DNA from: a virus
Length of the DNA stretch: 64,000 bases
Reading direction: 5' to 3' (one strand)
IMG/VR virus record: IMGVR_UViG_3300032323_003899
Coordinates: 6,818-70,817 of that record
Below the pieces are notes generated by a model. The model was not told the origin of the DNA and ran no database searches. It saw nothing but the letters and a program-made list of their open reading frames with translations. This document shows positions 31,301 through 40,141 of this stretch, piece after piece; the stretch's first letter is position 1; each line of letters opens with the position of its first letter. Both the position numbers and the translations under genes were made by a program.

Positions 31301-34300
31301 GAACACTCCCTTCTTTGTTAATTCAATCTTACAAGGGGTTGATAATTGGAGAAGAGGAAATAAAACACCATATAAAGTTGCTGCATATCTTTTTTTAAAT
31401 TCTTTACCGCTTATTTCACTTAGAGAGAAGTTAAAATCTGTAGCTAAAGTTGGAAATGTGAACAACGTAGTTATTTCTACAAACTTAGGTTTAGATGATA
31501 TGAATTATATGTTTGCAGTGCTGAAGAAATTTGGTGCAATTCACAAATTACCATATGCGTGGATTCTCAAGTTTGGTTCTATTTGGCACAGGTATAAAAC
31601 CTACAAACAGACAGGTGTAGATATTATTTCAGAAGTTTGGAAAGACTTTGATTATGTCTCGGCTTACGACCCAATTACCAAAAATGTCGGGAAAAAATAT
31701 ACTTTTACTAACACAAGTGGTAATAAGGATAAATCACAGATAATAGACATTCAACTCCAAGCAAACAATAATTTAACATATAAAATACAACCAGGGTTTT
31801 ATCCCAAAGTTTTAAACGACTTCAACGTTTTTTATAATGGATACGACTTATTTAAGGATTATACAAACGAAGAATTACAAAGTCTTGTGAATAGAGGGTT
31901 ACAGATTGCCAATTTGCCAGGAGGAAATATAGAAAACGTAACAGGACTCAACGACACGACTTTCAATGTTTATCCTTGGAGCGTATTGCTTCCGGCAAAT
32001 ATCGAGTTCAGTGCAAAAACACAAGAATGTCAACCACCGATAATTAGTGACATACAAAGGTTGTATGTTGTACCGTCTTTCGGTGCAAACATAAATGAAG
32101 CGAATGAAGCTTTGGTAACTCCCGAGGGAATCGCGAATGGTTATACTTTCGTAGGGAACAAGGCGGTATTCAATGGTTCGGCCAGACTATTTTGGTCAAC
32201 GTCCAACTTCGGGTATTTTGATACTTCAAAGATAAAACAACCTAAATACGACGAATATTTAAACACATATCAACCAAATGCATCGGAAATGGTCCCATTC
32301 AGGTTTTCTGAGTTAGAGAATTATATGAAAATTGATGATGTGTTTGGTGTTTTTGAAAAAAATATTTTAGATAGGTTTGAAGAAGAGTTTTTAAACTTTA
32401 GTAAACCTATTTCAGATATTACCGATACAAGTGTTTCATCCTACAACAATTTTGCCTCAGAGGCGAATGATGTTTTCAGAAACTTTCAACTACTTTTCAA
32501 AAATATGATGTTGGTCAAACCTAATACATCAAATATACCACAAGAAACCTTTTTCACAAAAACAATTGGAGAACAGTTTGATGTTGTGAATAATCAACTT
32601 ACTACTTTCATGGAATATGATATTGTATTCAAATATGGTAATCCTTCCGAATACAATAGGAGAATTTTTGCATCTTTTCTTTCACATAACACAACACCAC
32701 AACTTGTCGACCCGATAAACTTCGAACCTTATGTGAAAGGTTCACTTCCTACAACAGGAGGAATAACCCTCGAATTGTCGAAACAACAATACCCGAAAGA
32801 ATGGCTAGAGTTAGAATTACAGGTTGGTTTTTCGACAATTGAGGCTTTGAGGTACAAAGACCAAGGGTCTTACATTACAGATTTTTTCATAGACAATAAT
32901 ATTAAATTTTCAGTTCCAAATATTCAGATACTTGCACCACTTATAAAGATGTATGCAACTCAGAAATTACAGTTAATTACCGTTGGAGGATTTAAAGTCA
33001 GACTCCAACAATATATCGACCAATGTCAAAGTCTACAAGATTTATTCTTAAATAAGATACTCGATGAACTTAGGCTAAAACTAGATGGACAAAGTCAAGT
33101 TCAAGAAACAACAAAACAGTCGGTTGTTGACGGACAACAATCAAAGGTTACAATATATGAAACATTCAAAGCATTGAATGACAAGTGGATTGCAGGAGGA
33201 GATTATGAAAGTAAAACAATATTCGAAGACATTCTTTTTTTAGATAGAGCTTCGAGGAATATAGGTGATGATTTACTAATTGACGTTTTCAGACTCAAAA
33301 GCATGTTATCGACAAGCTCCATGAACGAAGTTATGAGTGTTTATACACTTTTAGCAGGTATACTAATTGACAATAATTTTTCAATCATGAATCTACCTGC
33401 ATATGTTAACTTTTATAACGTTCAAGATGTTGATGGAATCTCGAATAGGAAACCTGAAGGTACTTTAAATTTTGCTAACAACTTATGGGGAACTTTCTTA
33501 AGTGTTGACTATAGAGATTCAGGTCCAAAAATGGTTTGTTTCTTTACAGGTAAACCATCTAATTATTTGGAATTACCCGACAACAACTATTATAGATTTA
33601 AAACAGATGCATTCGATTTAAGGAGGGCTTCAGACAACCCATTAGTTGAAAATCAACAGGGGAAAACAGATTGGGGATTATCTAATAGATGTGTTGGGTT
33701 CAATGTTGATATTGGAGTAAGGAATCAAAATATATTTTATTCGTTCCAAGTAGGACAAGATTCAGGTAAAGCAACTGCTGAGTCTATAGCACAAGTATAC
33801 AACATGGCAACACTTGCAAGTGGTCTTGGAAATGCAACACAAAACGTAGGATTATATAATTTATATAACCAAAGAAGTTATCCTTGTACTGTTATATCAT
33901 TAGGTAATGCAATGATTCAACCTACAATGTATTTTAACCTTAGACATGTTCCTATGTTTAACGGACCATATATGATTCAGGAGGTTGTCCACACAATAAC
34001 TCCAGGTTCATTCCAAACACAATTTAATGGAATAAGGCAGGCAGTATTCGATTATCCACAAATTGACAAATACCTCCAAAGTATAAATCAAAACTTACTA
34101 ACGAAGGTAGAAGCACTTATAAAAAATAGTTCGGAAAAACCATCGGTACCACCAACTACAGACCAAGGAAAGGCGGATAAAAAAGCTTCAGATGCTAAAC
34201 AGTCACCAAGTCCGGAAAATTCATGTGTTAATAACGTAAATTTAGAATATCAAAATAATCAGTTTGTTAGTACGAAATTTGTTAAAACAAGTGTAACTCC

Positions 34301-35729
34301 AGAACAAATGATATCTTCGATAAATGATGTCCTAATTAAGAAAAATGCTACGGACATGACTATGAAGGCTATTATATATTCTATTTGTTATGTAACAACT
34401 TATCAAGAAAATAAGTTTATGGGTTATGGAAATAACTATAGTGCTGCAATAAATCTGATAATTAATTTTTCTCCCACATATAAAGATTATTTTGAAAAAA
34501 CATATATGTGTGTTAAAAATAAAACAACAGATTATCCTTGGGCTGTTTTTAGTTCTACCGATAAGTTTGTAGAGTTTTTATATGAAAGATTAAGACAGAG
34601 AAGAAATTTAATCGAAAAAGAAGGTTTATGGTTATTTTATAATTGTTACTACCCGAACACTGAAAGTTCAATAAGTGAATCTTCATTCTATTCGGGAAGA
34701 ACTACTAATTCTACAATAAAACAAATAAATGAAAAATTAACAGCTGGTTTGAACTCATTCAATCAACTTGCAACAAACACAACGTTAGGTATACAACAAA
34801 TCGACGCTGTAAAATTGTTGAAAGGAACAGTTGGAACAAATGACCCTGAAAGACAAAGTAATCCTACAAACAATCAGGGTACAAGTACTTCAGGTAAACC
34901 AAAATGTTTACCACCAACGATTATATCATTTTCACCTTCTGGTCAAACAACTTCAGGAGCTATACAACCAATTAGTTTGTCAGGAACAAATCTTCTTGGT
35001 AACACACAAGTATTTTTAAATGGAGCTAAAGCTACAGTTCAGTTAATAAGTGCAACTGGTATTACCTTTACACCAATTACGAAAGCCTCAAGTAAAATTA
35101 AAATCATAACTAGCGGCGGCACAGTTGAAAGTACAGAACCTTTCGTTTTCGTTGATAATTCTAGTGCTGTCACCCAACAACCACCACCTCCAAATACTGT
35201 AGAGTCTGACAAAGTATTACTTACAAATGCTTTCGTTTTTGATGAAATTTTATTCTCAGTAAATTACAGGGATGGTTCGAAACTTGGTGGTAGATTGGCA
35301 TTACTTAATGGAACTTTAAGTAAAAATTATGATGTAAAACTATTCTTAAATTCGAATGGAGTTAGAACAGAAATAAGTTCGTTTACTTTGAGTGGAGGTA
35401 CTTTGGATAAACCTACAAGTTATGGTAATTATATCAGTGCTAAAGGCGGATGGAAAGAAGCCTTATCATTTGCGTCAGACAGTAGTCCTAGAAAAATTGT
35501 GGTTTTTGAAATCTATGTACCTGCCTTCGGGTTAACAAAAAATCAATTTAGAAGCATAATGCCATTCAGTTGTCCTGACGAAGACTTAATTCTTAATGAC
35601 ATTGTTACGGTTAGTCAGTTTGAATTTATATCCGAGAACCCTTGTTGTAATTGTTATAGTAAAGGAACTGATGGAAAAACAATTATAATTAATGGCGTTA
35701 CTTGTAATCCAACTGGCGCAGGATGTTAA
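28314..35729 (+). CDS. Giant (2471 aa) baseplate hub-like protein with a C-terminal IPT/TIG domain
   Basis: GITSINV..VELEDVQG and LGNAMIQPTMYF..FNGPYMIQEVVHTITPGSFQT are gp27/VgrG-like hub motifs; IPT-like PPTIISFSP..ISLSGTNL. Confidence 0.6.
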   Translation: MVGNLLPDNAGGILVEFDYNNIIVVDPNKTIDANGNIQERLVDHENLVMFCNLEAEVLPRTKLAVGGSPQNAATTVSIAKINFLAPNEKDYFSTSYYDELTGLNTTGKSPKTGLNGMGVNQPTETIQGNPREKTASYKAGVVTNGVDGAVDNGLLGITSINVRVGLSFIPSVTVELEDVQGRALFQLGDNSPYAAFFNLPYPPFYLTLKGYYGQAIRYQLNLEKFNARFNSFSGNYQVSLEFKGYKFNILNEILVGHLLATPHMYSKRYDLTVNSNPTVGQVKQDSVNGKGASAPTNNQQNIVTSVVSERGYEKISQVYSEYKAKALIEPDFPEITFYQLIQKIDTFEKNIMSQYTQADVQPLTDCRSYKANLTKYYEKIYQSNDSWFNTYLNPNPIVMKDGKKRFTYKQGLSQQAKTDAIGDLEKYIKEYNKALSENGTLGTVSSKSVINNTISKDDFTNPKLNRAEINWLETLKERGVFFENDTSKEYNDAVDLITTLFLPKLVKEENSEKSQLLPDDTFNLQTFIDKIRSMEAEANKKLTDYESEITATLAKKLEDDKIGLGFRPTVRNISAIIMASTEGFIRLMDEVHTKSWSLRNDPVRRSAILNNQSAAISSDGKQNVESSSTNSTLNSSNIPIYPWPQFFVETNEDKKGKFQLKYLADPSVVDVTKGNRYDVWPEVEFVEEYLKGLTQKFQSPIAPPPLENSSTTNLLNINSLEFPQNNIAYRNKDEIKFFYEIWERQYLTSFYTGLGRVQGPMTTKLVELVRDYESENIITSLGNSSPYLKYKLKNYQITAQNYQNTLYSFSNQGTGRLYQQYSRDFFVTPYINGYLRNSFEIRELNDIGPTLENNLAKYSVLLENIIDTTPNVLSIIDTYPFTDNTWCATNLVGNDTNIFPKRYQTTESLRIYEPQNVISNFTDLENYNVNRPVTNFTFQKPQNPTTSVQNNFQLSNFYNLAIPNTLPMTVGKTFTDSPAVFYWGRGLPFVTTTSMLNTPFFVNSILQGVDNWRRGNKTPYKVAAYLFLNSLPLISLREKLKSVAKVGNVNNVVISTNLGLDDMNYMFAVLKKFGAIHKLPYAWILKFGSIWHRYKTYKQTGVDIISEVWKDFDYVSAYDPITKNVGKKYTFTNTSGNKDKSQIIDIQLQANNNLTYKIQPGFYPKVLNDFNVFYNGYDLFKDYTNEELQSLVNRGLQIANLPGGNIENVTGLNDTTFNVYPWSVLLPANIEFSAKTQECQPPIISDIQRLYVVPSFGANINEANEALVTPEGIANGYTFVGNKAVFNGSARLFWSTSNFGYFDTSKIKQPKYDEYLNTYQPNASEMVPFRFSELENYMKIDDVFGVFEKNILDRFEEEFLNFSKPISDITDTSVSSYNNFASEANDVFRNFQLLFKNMMLVKPNTSNIPQETFFTKTIGEQFDVVNNQLTTFMEYDIVFKYGNPSEYNRRIFASFLSHNTTPQLVDPINFEPYVKGSLPTTGGITLELSKQQYPKEWLELELQVGFSTIEALRYKDQGSYITDFFIDNNIKFSVPNIQILAPLIKMYATQKLQLITVGGFKVRLQQYIDQCQSLQDLFLNKILDELRLKLDGQSQVQETTKQSVVDGQQSKVTIYETFKALNDKWIAGGDYESKTIFEDILFLDRASRNIGDDLLIDVFRLKSMLSTSSMNEVMSVYTLLAGILIDNNFSIMNLPAYVNFYNVQDVDGISNRKPEGTLNFANNLWGTFLSVDYRDSGPKMVCFFTGKPSNYLELPDNNYYRFKTDAFDLRRASDNPLVENQQGKTDWGLSNRCVGFNVDIGVRNQNIFYSFQVGQDSGKATAESIAQVYNMATLASGLGNATQNVGLYNLYNQRSYPCTVISLGNAMIQPTMYFNLRHVPMFNGPYMIQEVVHTITPGSFQTQFNGIRQAVFDYPQIDKYLQSINQNLLTKVEALIKNSSEKPSVPPTTDQGKADKKASDAKQSPSPENSCVNNVNLEYQNNQFVSTKFVKTSVTPEQMISSINDVLIKKNATDMTMKAIIYSICYVTTYQENKFMGYGNNYSAAINLIINFSPTYKDYFEKTYMCVKNKTTDYPWAVFSSTDKFVEFLYERLRQRRNLIEKEGLWLFYNCYYPNTESSISESSFYSGRTTNSTIKQINEKLTAGLNSFNQLATNTTLGIQQIDAVKLLKGTVGTNDPERQSNPTNNQGTSTSGKPKCLPPTIISFSPSGQTTSGAIQPISLSGTNLLGNTQVFLNGAKATVQLISATGITFTPITKASSKIKIITSGGTVESTEPFVFVDNSSAVTQQPPPPNTVESDKVLLTNAFVFDEILFSVNYRDGSKLGGRLALLNGTLSKNYDVKLFLNSNGVRTEISSFTLSGGTLDKPTSYGNYISAKGGWKEALSFASDSSPRKIVVFEIYVPAFGLTKNQFRSIMPFSCPDEDLILNDIVTVSQFEFISENPCCNCYSKGTDGKTIIINGVTCNPTGAGC

Positions 35730-35768
35730 TATTTGTTATTTCACATATATTTATAGGAAACAAATTTT

Positions 35769-35993
35769 ATGAATTTAAATAACGTTTTGAACAATTATTT
35801 GGGTAAACAAGTTAGGTTTAGTGAGGAGGATATGGGTAATGGAACCAAAGAAGTTTGTGATTTAGATACTGGTGATTGTTACATAGTAAGAGAAAAAGAT
35901 GGATTGATTGAGAGAGCAGGACACCAAGTTTACACCAATAGAAAAGTTAAGGTAGAAACCGCAAGAGGTATTAAACAATTATTAAACGGATAA
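35769..35993 (+). CDS. Hypothetical protein
   Basis: 74-aa ORF preceded by TATTTATA; VCDLDTGDCY motif. Confidence 0.7.
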   Translation: MNLNNVLNNYLGKQVRFSEEDMGNGTKEVCDLDTGDCYIVREKDGLIERAGHQVYTNRKVKVETARGIKQLLNG

Positions 35994-35995
35994 AA

Positions 35996-36631
35996 ATGGG
36001 AATCGATAAGAAAATATTAAGTGAAATAGAAAGGTATCATTTCATAAATAGTTATGTGAATGAACAAGTTGCTCCTGAAACAGCGGGTGCAGCACCTCCC
36101 CCACCAGCACCAGGTACAGAGGTAGCACCACCAGCAGCAGGAGAAGCACCACAACCTGATGTACCACCGACACCAATAGATGTAGAAGCAGACCCTGAAG
36201 TTGAAAAAATTGATGACAAGGGTGAGTCTGAAGAAACAGGTGGAGGTACTGAAGAATTGGATGTAACGGATTTAGTTAAGTCACAAGAGACAATAGAAAA
36301 GAAACAAGAAGATTACTTCAATAATTTATTCAGTCAAATAGAAAATTTAGAAAAGAAACTTTCTGAAATGGATTCTATCGTTAGTAAATTAAATTCTCTC
36401 GAAAGTAAGATTGAAAAGTATAGAGAAAAAACTCCACAAGAAAAGTTGGAACTAAGAACATACGATTCATATCCATTCACACAGAAACTTTCTGACTTCT
36501 TTGAAGATAAAAAAGAAGAAATGGAAAAAACCGGCAAAAAAGATTACGTTTTAACTTCCGACCAAGTCACTGATATTGTTGATAAACAGGTCAAAGACAG
36601 TTTTCTACCATCAGCGGAAAACGAATATTAA
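35996..36631 (+). CDS. Hypothetical acidic Pro-rich/coiled-coil protein (possible internal head protein)
   Basis: PPPPAP linker, acidic stretch, heptad-like region. Confidence 0.7.
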   Translation: MGIDKKILSEIERYHFINSYVNEQVAPETAGAAPPPPAPGTEVAPPAAGEAPQPDVPPTPIDVEADPEVEKIDDKGESEETGGGTEELDVTDLVKSQETIEKKQEDYFNNLFSQIENLEKKLSEMDSIVSKLNSLESKIEKYREKTPQEKLELRTYDSYPFTQKLSDFFEDKKEEMEKTGKKDYVLTSDQVTDIVDKQVKDSFLPSAENEY

Positions 36632-36634
36632 TTC

Positions 36635-36661
36635 AAAAAGGTCACTTAGGTGACCTTTTTT
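36635..36661. terminator. Intrinsic terminator separating late genes from the replication block
   Basis: AAAAAGGTCAC-ttag-GTGACCTTTTT(T). Confidence 0.85.
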
Positions 36662-36662
36662 A

Positions 36663-36694
36663 TTTGACAGATATTGAAATAGTGATTATATTTG
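36663..36694 (+). promoter_or_regulatory. Host-type promoter (Bacteroidota -33 TTTG / -7 TAnnTTTG; also TTGACA-17-TATATT)
   Basis: TTTG at 36663-36666, 20-bp spacer, TATATTTG at 36687-36694, 18 bp before the SSB start. Confidence 0.75.
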
Positions 36695-36712
36695 CAGTAT
36701 AAATTTTAAAAT

Positions 36713-37555
36713 ATGAATACATTAGACGCCGTATTGGCACAGTACGAAAAATCAAAACAATCGGGCGGGGCCCAATCTAACATGTCTCAAGAGGAAAGAA
36801 TGAAAAAATACTTTGCTCTTATTTTGGGAGACAAAGAAAACTCAGGACAAAGAAGAATTCGAATCCTACCAACTAAAGACGGTTCTTCACCATTTGTTGA
36901 AGCTTGGTATCACGAAATTCAAGTGGGTGGTAAATGGCAGAAGTTCTACGACCCAGGAAAAAATGATAACGAACGTTCTCCTTTGAATGAAGTTTACGAA
37001 GAACTTATTTCAACAGGTAAAGATTCAGACAAAGAATTGGCTAAACAATACAAGTCACGTAAGTTTTACATTGTAAAAGTGATTGATAGAGATAAGGAAG
37101 AAGAAGGACCAAAGTTTTGGAGGTTCAAACACAACTATAAAAACGATGGTATCTTGGATAAGATTATTCCTATTTGGAGAAACAAGGGTGATATCACTGA
37201 CCCTGAAAAAGGTCGTGACCTCATCATCGAATTGACTAAGTCTAAAACTCCAAAAGGAAAAGAGTATACAACTGTATCAACAATCATGTATGATGACCCA
37301 TCACCCGTTCACGAAGACAAAAAACAAGGTAAAGTATGGGTTGATGATGAGTTGACTTGGTTAGATGTTTATAGTAAAAAGCCTGTGGAGTATTTAGAGG
37401 CTATTGCAAGAGGTGAAACTCCAAGATGGGATAGTGAGAGAGGTGGATACGTTTACGGTGATTCTACGGACTCTGAGACATCAATGGGTGGAAGTAAGAA
37501 AAGCTATGTAGACCCACAAGCGGATGCGGATGTTGATGGTGACTTACCATTCTAA
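36713..37555 (+). CDS. Single-stranded DNA-binding protein, T4 gp32-like
   Basis: RIRILP..SPF..WYH, FYIVKVIDR, DITDPEKGRDLII, acidic tail ending DGDLPF. Confidence 0.8.
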   Translation: MNTLDAVLAQYEKSKQSGGAQSNMSQEERMKKYFALILGDKENSGQRRIRILPTKDGSSPFVEAWYHEIQVGGKWQKFYDPGKNDNERSPLNEVYEELISTGKDSDKELAKQYKSRKFYIVKVIDRDKEEEGPKFWRFKHNYKNDGILDKIIPIWRNKGDITDPEKGRDLIIELTKSKTPKGKEYTTVSTIMYDDPSPVHEDKKQGKVWVDDELTWLDVYSKKPVEYLEAIARGETPRWDSERGGYVYGDSTDSETSMGGSKKSYVDPQADADVDGDLPF

Positions 37556-37564
37556 TTAAAATAC

Positions 37565-37610
37565 AAAGGACATAAGTACCGAAATCAATCGAGTATTTAT
37601 GTCCTTTTTT
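37565..37610 (+). terminator. Terminator-like hairpin containing a TATTTAT motif
   Basis: AAAGGACATAAGTAC ... GTATTTATGTCCTTT followed by a T tract. Confidence 0.6.
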
Positions 37611-37622
37611 CAACTACAATTT

Positions 37623-38627
37623 ATGGCAATTAAAAAAACTGAATTTAGCAGTCTTAAGAAAAAGTTTTCAACTTCGGCAAAATATAAACCACAAAGATTT
37701 TTAGATTTAGGTCAAGATTTCTTGGATGCTGTTGGCATACCTGGTCCTGCTATTGGACACATAAATATGTTTTTAGGACACTCTGATACAGGAAAAACTA
37801 CTGCGGCAGTCAAATCTGCGGTCGATGCTCAAAAAAAAGGGATACTACCTGTCTTTATAATCACAGAACAAAAATGGAGTTTTGACCATGCGAGACTAAT
37901 GGGTTTCGATTGTGAAGAAGTTCCTGATAAGGAAACAGGTGAAATGGATTGGGATGGATTTTTCCTTTTCAATAACAACTTTAGTTATATTGAACAAATT
38001 ACTGATTATATAAATCAGTTGTTGGATGCTCAAGAAAAAGGGGAACTAAACTATAGTCTATGTTTTATTTGGGATTCGGTTGGTTCGGTTCCATGTAAGA
38101 TGACTTATGAAGGTAAGGGAGGAAAGCAACATAATGCTTCTGTTCTTTCTGATAAAATTGGAATGGGCATCAACCAAAGAATTTCAGGTTCAAGAAAGGC
38201 AGACACTGAATATGAAAATACTCTCATCATTATTAACCAACCTTGGGTTGAACTTCCAGATAATCCTTTCGGTCAACCAAAAATCAAAGCTAAAGGTGGT
38301 GAATCAGTTTGGTTAAACTCATCATTAGTATTTTTATTTGGAAACCAAAAAGGTGCTGGTACAACTAAAATTACTGCGACTAAAGATAAGAGGAGCGTTA
38401 AATTTGCAATCAGGTCCAAAGTATCGGTAATGAAAAACCATATAAATGGATTAGGTTTTGATGACGGTAAGATTATTGTAACACCACATGGATTTTTAGC
38501 TGGTAAGGATTCTACAGAAGAGAAAGCTTCAATTGAGTCATACAAAAAAGAATATGCTGACTATTGGAAAGATATTATAGGGAGTGAAGGTGATTTTGAC
38601 TTGAAAGAAGAAAAAGAAGATGTTTAA
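37623..38627 (+). CDS. recA: RecA/UvsX-like recombinase
   Basis: Walker A GHSDTGKTT, Walker B FIWDSVG, IIINQ, KGG, KNHI. ATG at 37623 lies outside the hairpin. Confidence 0.9.
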   Translation: MAIKKTEFSSLKKKFSTSAKYKPQRFLDLGQDFLDAVGIPGPAIGHINMFLGHSDTGKTTAAVKSAVDAQKKGILPVFIITEQKWSFDHARLMGFDCEEVPDKETGEMDWDGFFLFNNNFSYIEQITDYINQLLDAQEKGELNYSLCFIWDSVGSVPCKMTYEGKGGKQHNASVLSDKIGMGINQRISGSRKADTEYENTLIIINQPWVELPDNPFGQPKIKAKGGESVWLNSSLVFLFGNQKGAGTTKITATKDKRSVKFAIRSKVSVMKNHINGLGFDDGKIIVTPHGFLAGKDSTEEKASIESYKKEYADYWKDIIGSEGDFDLKEEKEDV

Positions 38628-38636
38628 TAATATAGA

Positions 38637-39635
38637 ATGATTATGACTAAAACCCTTTTGGTAGACGGTGATAATTTATTCAAAATAGGATTCCACGGTG
38701 TTAAAGACTTATTCAATGAGTCTGAACATGTTGGTGGAATCTTTCATTTTATAAACACCCTAAGAAAATTTTTGGAAGAACATAACCATGATAAGGTTGT
38801 AGTCTTTTGGGATGCCGAATCTAATTCAAGTGCAAGGAAATTACTGTATGCTGAATACAAGGCAAACCGTAGACAATCTATGATGGATTTCAAGTATGAA
38901 TCCTACCTCCAACAAAAACAAAGAGTAAAAGAATATCTTGAAGAAGTTTTTGTTAGACAAGTTGAAATGTTTGGTAATGAGGCAGACGATTTAATTGCTT
39001 ACTACACACAAATATGTAAGGAAGAACAAGTTATTATATTTTCTGCAGATAAAGACTTAACGCAACTCATATCTAAGAAAGTTACTATTTATTCGCCAGT
39101 CCAAAAAAGATATTATAAGTACGGTGATAAAATAAAGATGGGGTCAATAGATATACCACATCAAAATGTTATGGTATATAAAGTACTAACTGGCGACAAA
39201 TCAGACAACATAGACGGAATAAAACTTTTTGGTGAAAAAAGTATGATGAAATTTTTTCCTCAGATGTTTGATAAACCATGCACTATAGATGAAATAATCA
39301 ATAATGCACGAGAAATCGAGCAAAAGTCCAAGGTGAAATTGATTAGCAACCTATTGACGGGAACAACAAAAAGAGGTATACTTGGAGAAGAATACTTTAT
39401 TACTAACCAAAAACTTGTTGATTTACAACAACCTTTAATTTCCGATGAAGGAAAACAAATTGTCGAACAGATTTATAGTGATGTTTTTGACCCCGAAAAC
39501 AGGGGATATAAAAACTTGATGAAAATGATGGTCTCTGACGGTCTATTTAAGTTTCTACCAAAAAATGATGAGGCTTGGGTCAACTTTGTTAAACCATTCA
39601 TGAAATTGATTAGAAAAGAAAAACGAAAAATTTAA
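38637..39635 (+). CDS. 5'-3' exonuclease/flap endonuclease (T4 RNase H/PolI N-terminal-like)
   Basis: LLVDGDN, YKANR, EADDLIA, SADKDLTQL, GDKSDNIDGI. Confidence 0.93.
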   Translation: MIMTKTLLVDGDNLFKIGFHGVKDLFNESEHVGGIFHFINTLRKFLEEHNHDKVVVFWDAESNSSARKLLYAEYKANRRQSMMDFKYESYLQQKQRVKEYLEEVFVRQVEMFGNEADDLIAYYTQICKEEQVIIFSADKDLTQLISKKVTIYSPVQKRYYKYGDKIKMGSIDIPHQNVMVYKVLTGDKSDNIDGIKLFGEKSMMKFFPQMFDKPCTIDEIINNAREIEQKSKVKLISNLLTGTTKRGILGEEYFITNQKLVDLQQPLISDEGKQIVEQIYSDVFDPENRGYKNLMKMMVSDGLFKFLPKNDEAWVNFVKPFMKLIRKEKRKI

Positions 39636-39653
39636 TAACCAAAAAAACAAAAA

Positions 39654-40109
39654 ATGAACAGAGAACAGGAAATTACTAAATTAGAATTCCTATTAACCTT
39701 GAATGACAACATTGTTGTCCAAAGATTTTTTAACGTCAAAGGATTTAATCCGAAGGCAAAAAATTCATTAGAGTTGTATGACTTTATGAAGAGAACTGCG
39801 GATACACTGAAGTATGACTTAAAAATGAAGACAGTTATCTACATGATGGATAACAAAGAGTCAATCATCCATGACCCATCAGTTATGGAAACATCTTTCA
39901 CAGACGGACCTGAGTATTTTAACCTTTATGTAAAATTCAATGACCAGACAATTTGTCATAGAATTTTTGACGGAAAAATGTTCCCACCAAAAGTTCGTTA
40001 TACCGTGGATGTTAGACCATACTTGAAAGAAATTTTGAAAACTCTAACTGACATTTTTTCAGAAACCAAATTATCTTTCAAATATCTAGAATACGACTTA
40101 TCAAAGTAA
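39654..40109 (+). CDS. Hypothetical protein in the replication block
   Basis: 151-aa ORF between the exonuclease and helicase genes; no motif recognised. Confidence 0.75.
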   Translation: MNREQEITKLEFLLTLNDNIVVQRFFNVKGFNPKAKNSLELYDFMKRTADTLKYDLKMKTVIYMMDNKESIIHDPSVMETSFTDGPEYFNLYVKFNDQTICHRIFDGKMFPPKVRYTVDVRPYLKEILKTLTDIFSETKLSFKYLEYDLSK

Positions 40110-40141
40110 GTATTTAATTAATAGAGGGGCTCAGTTCTACT

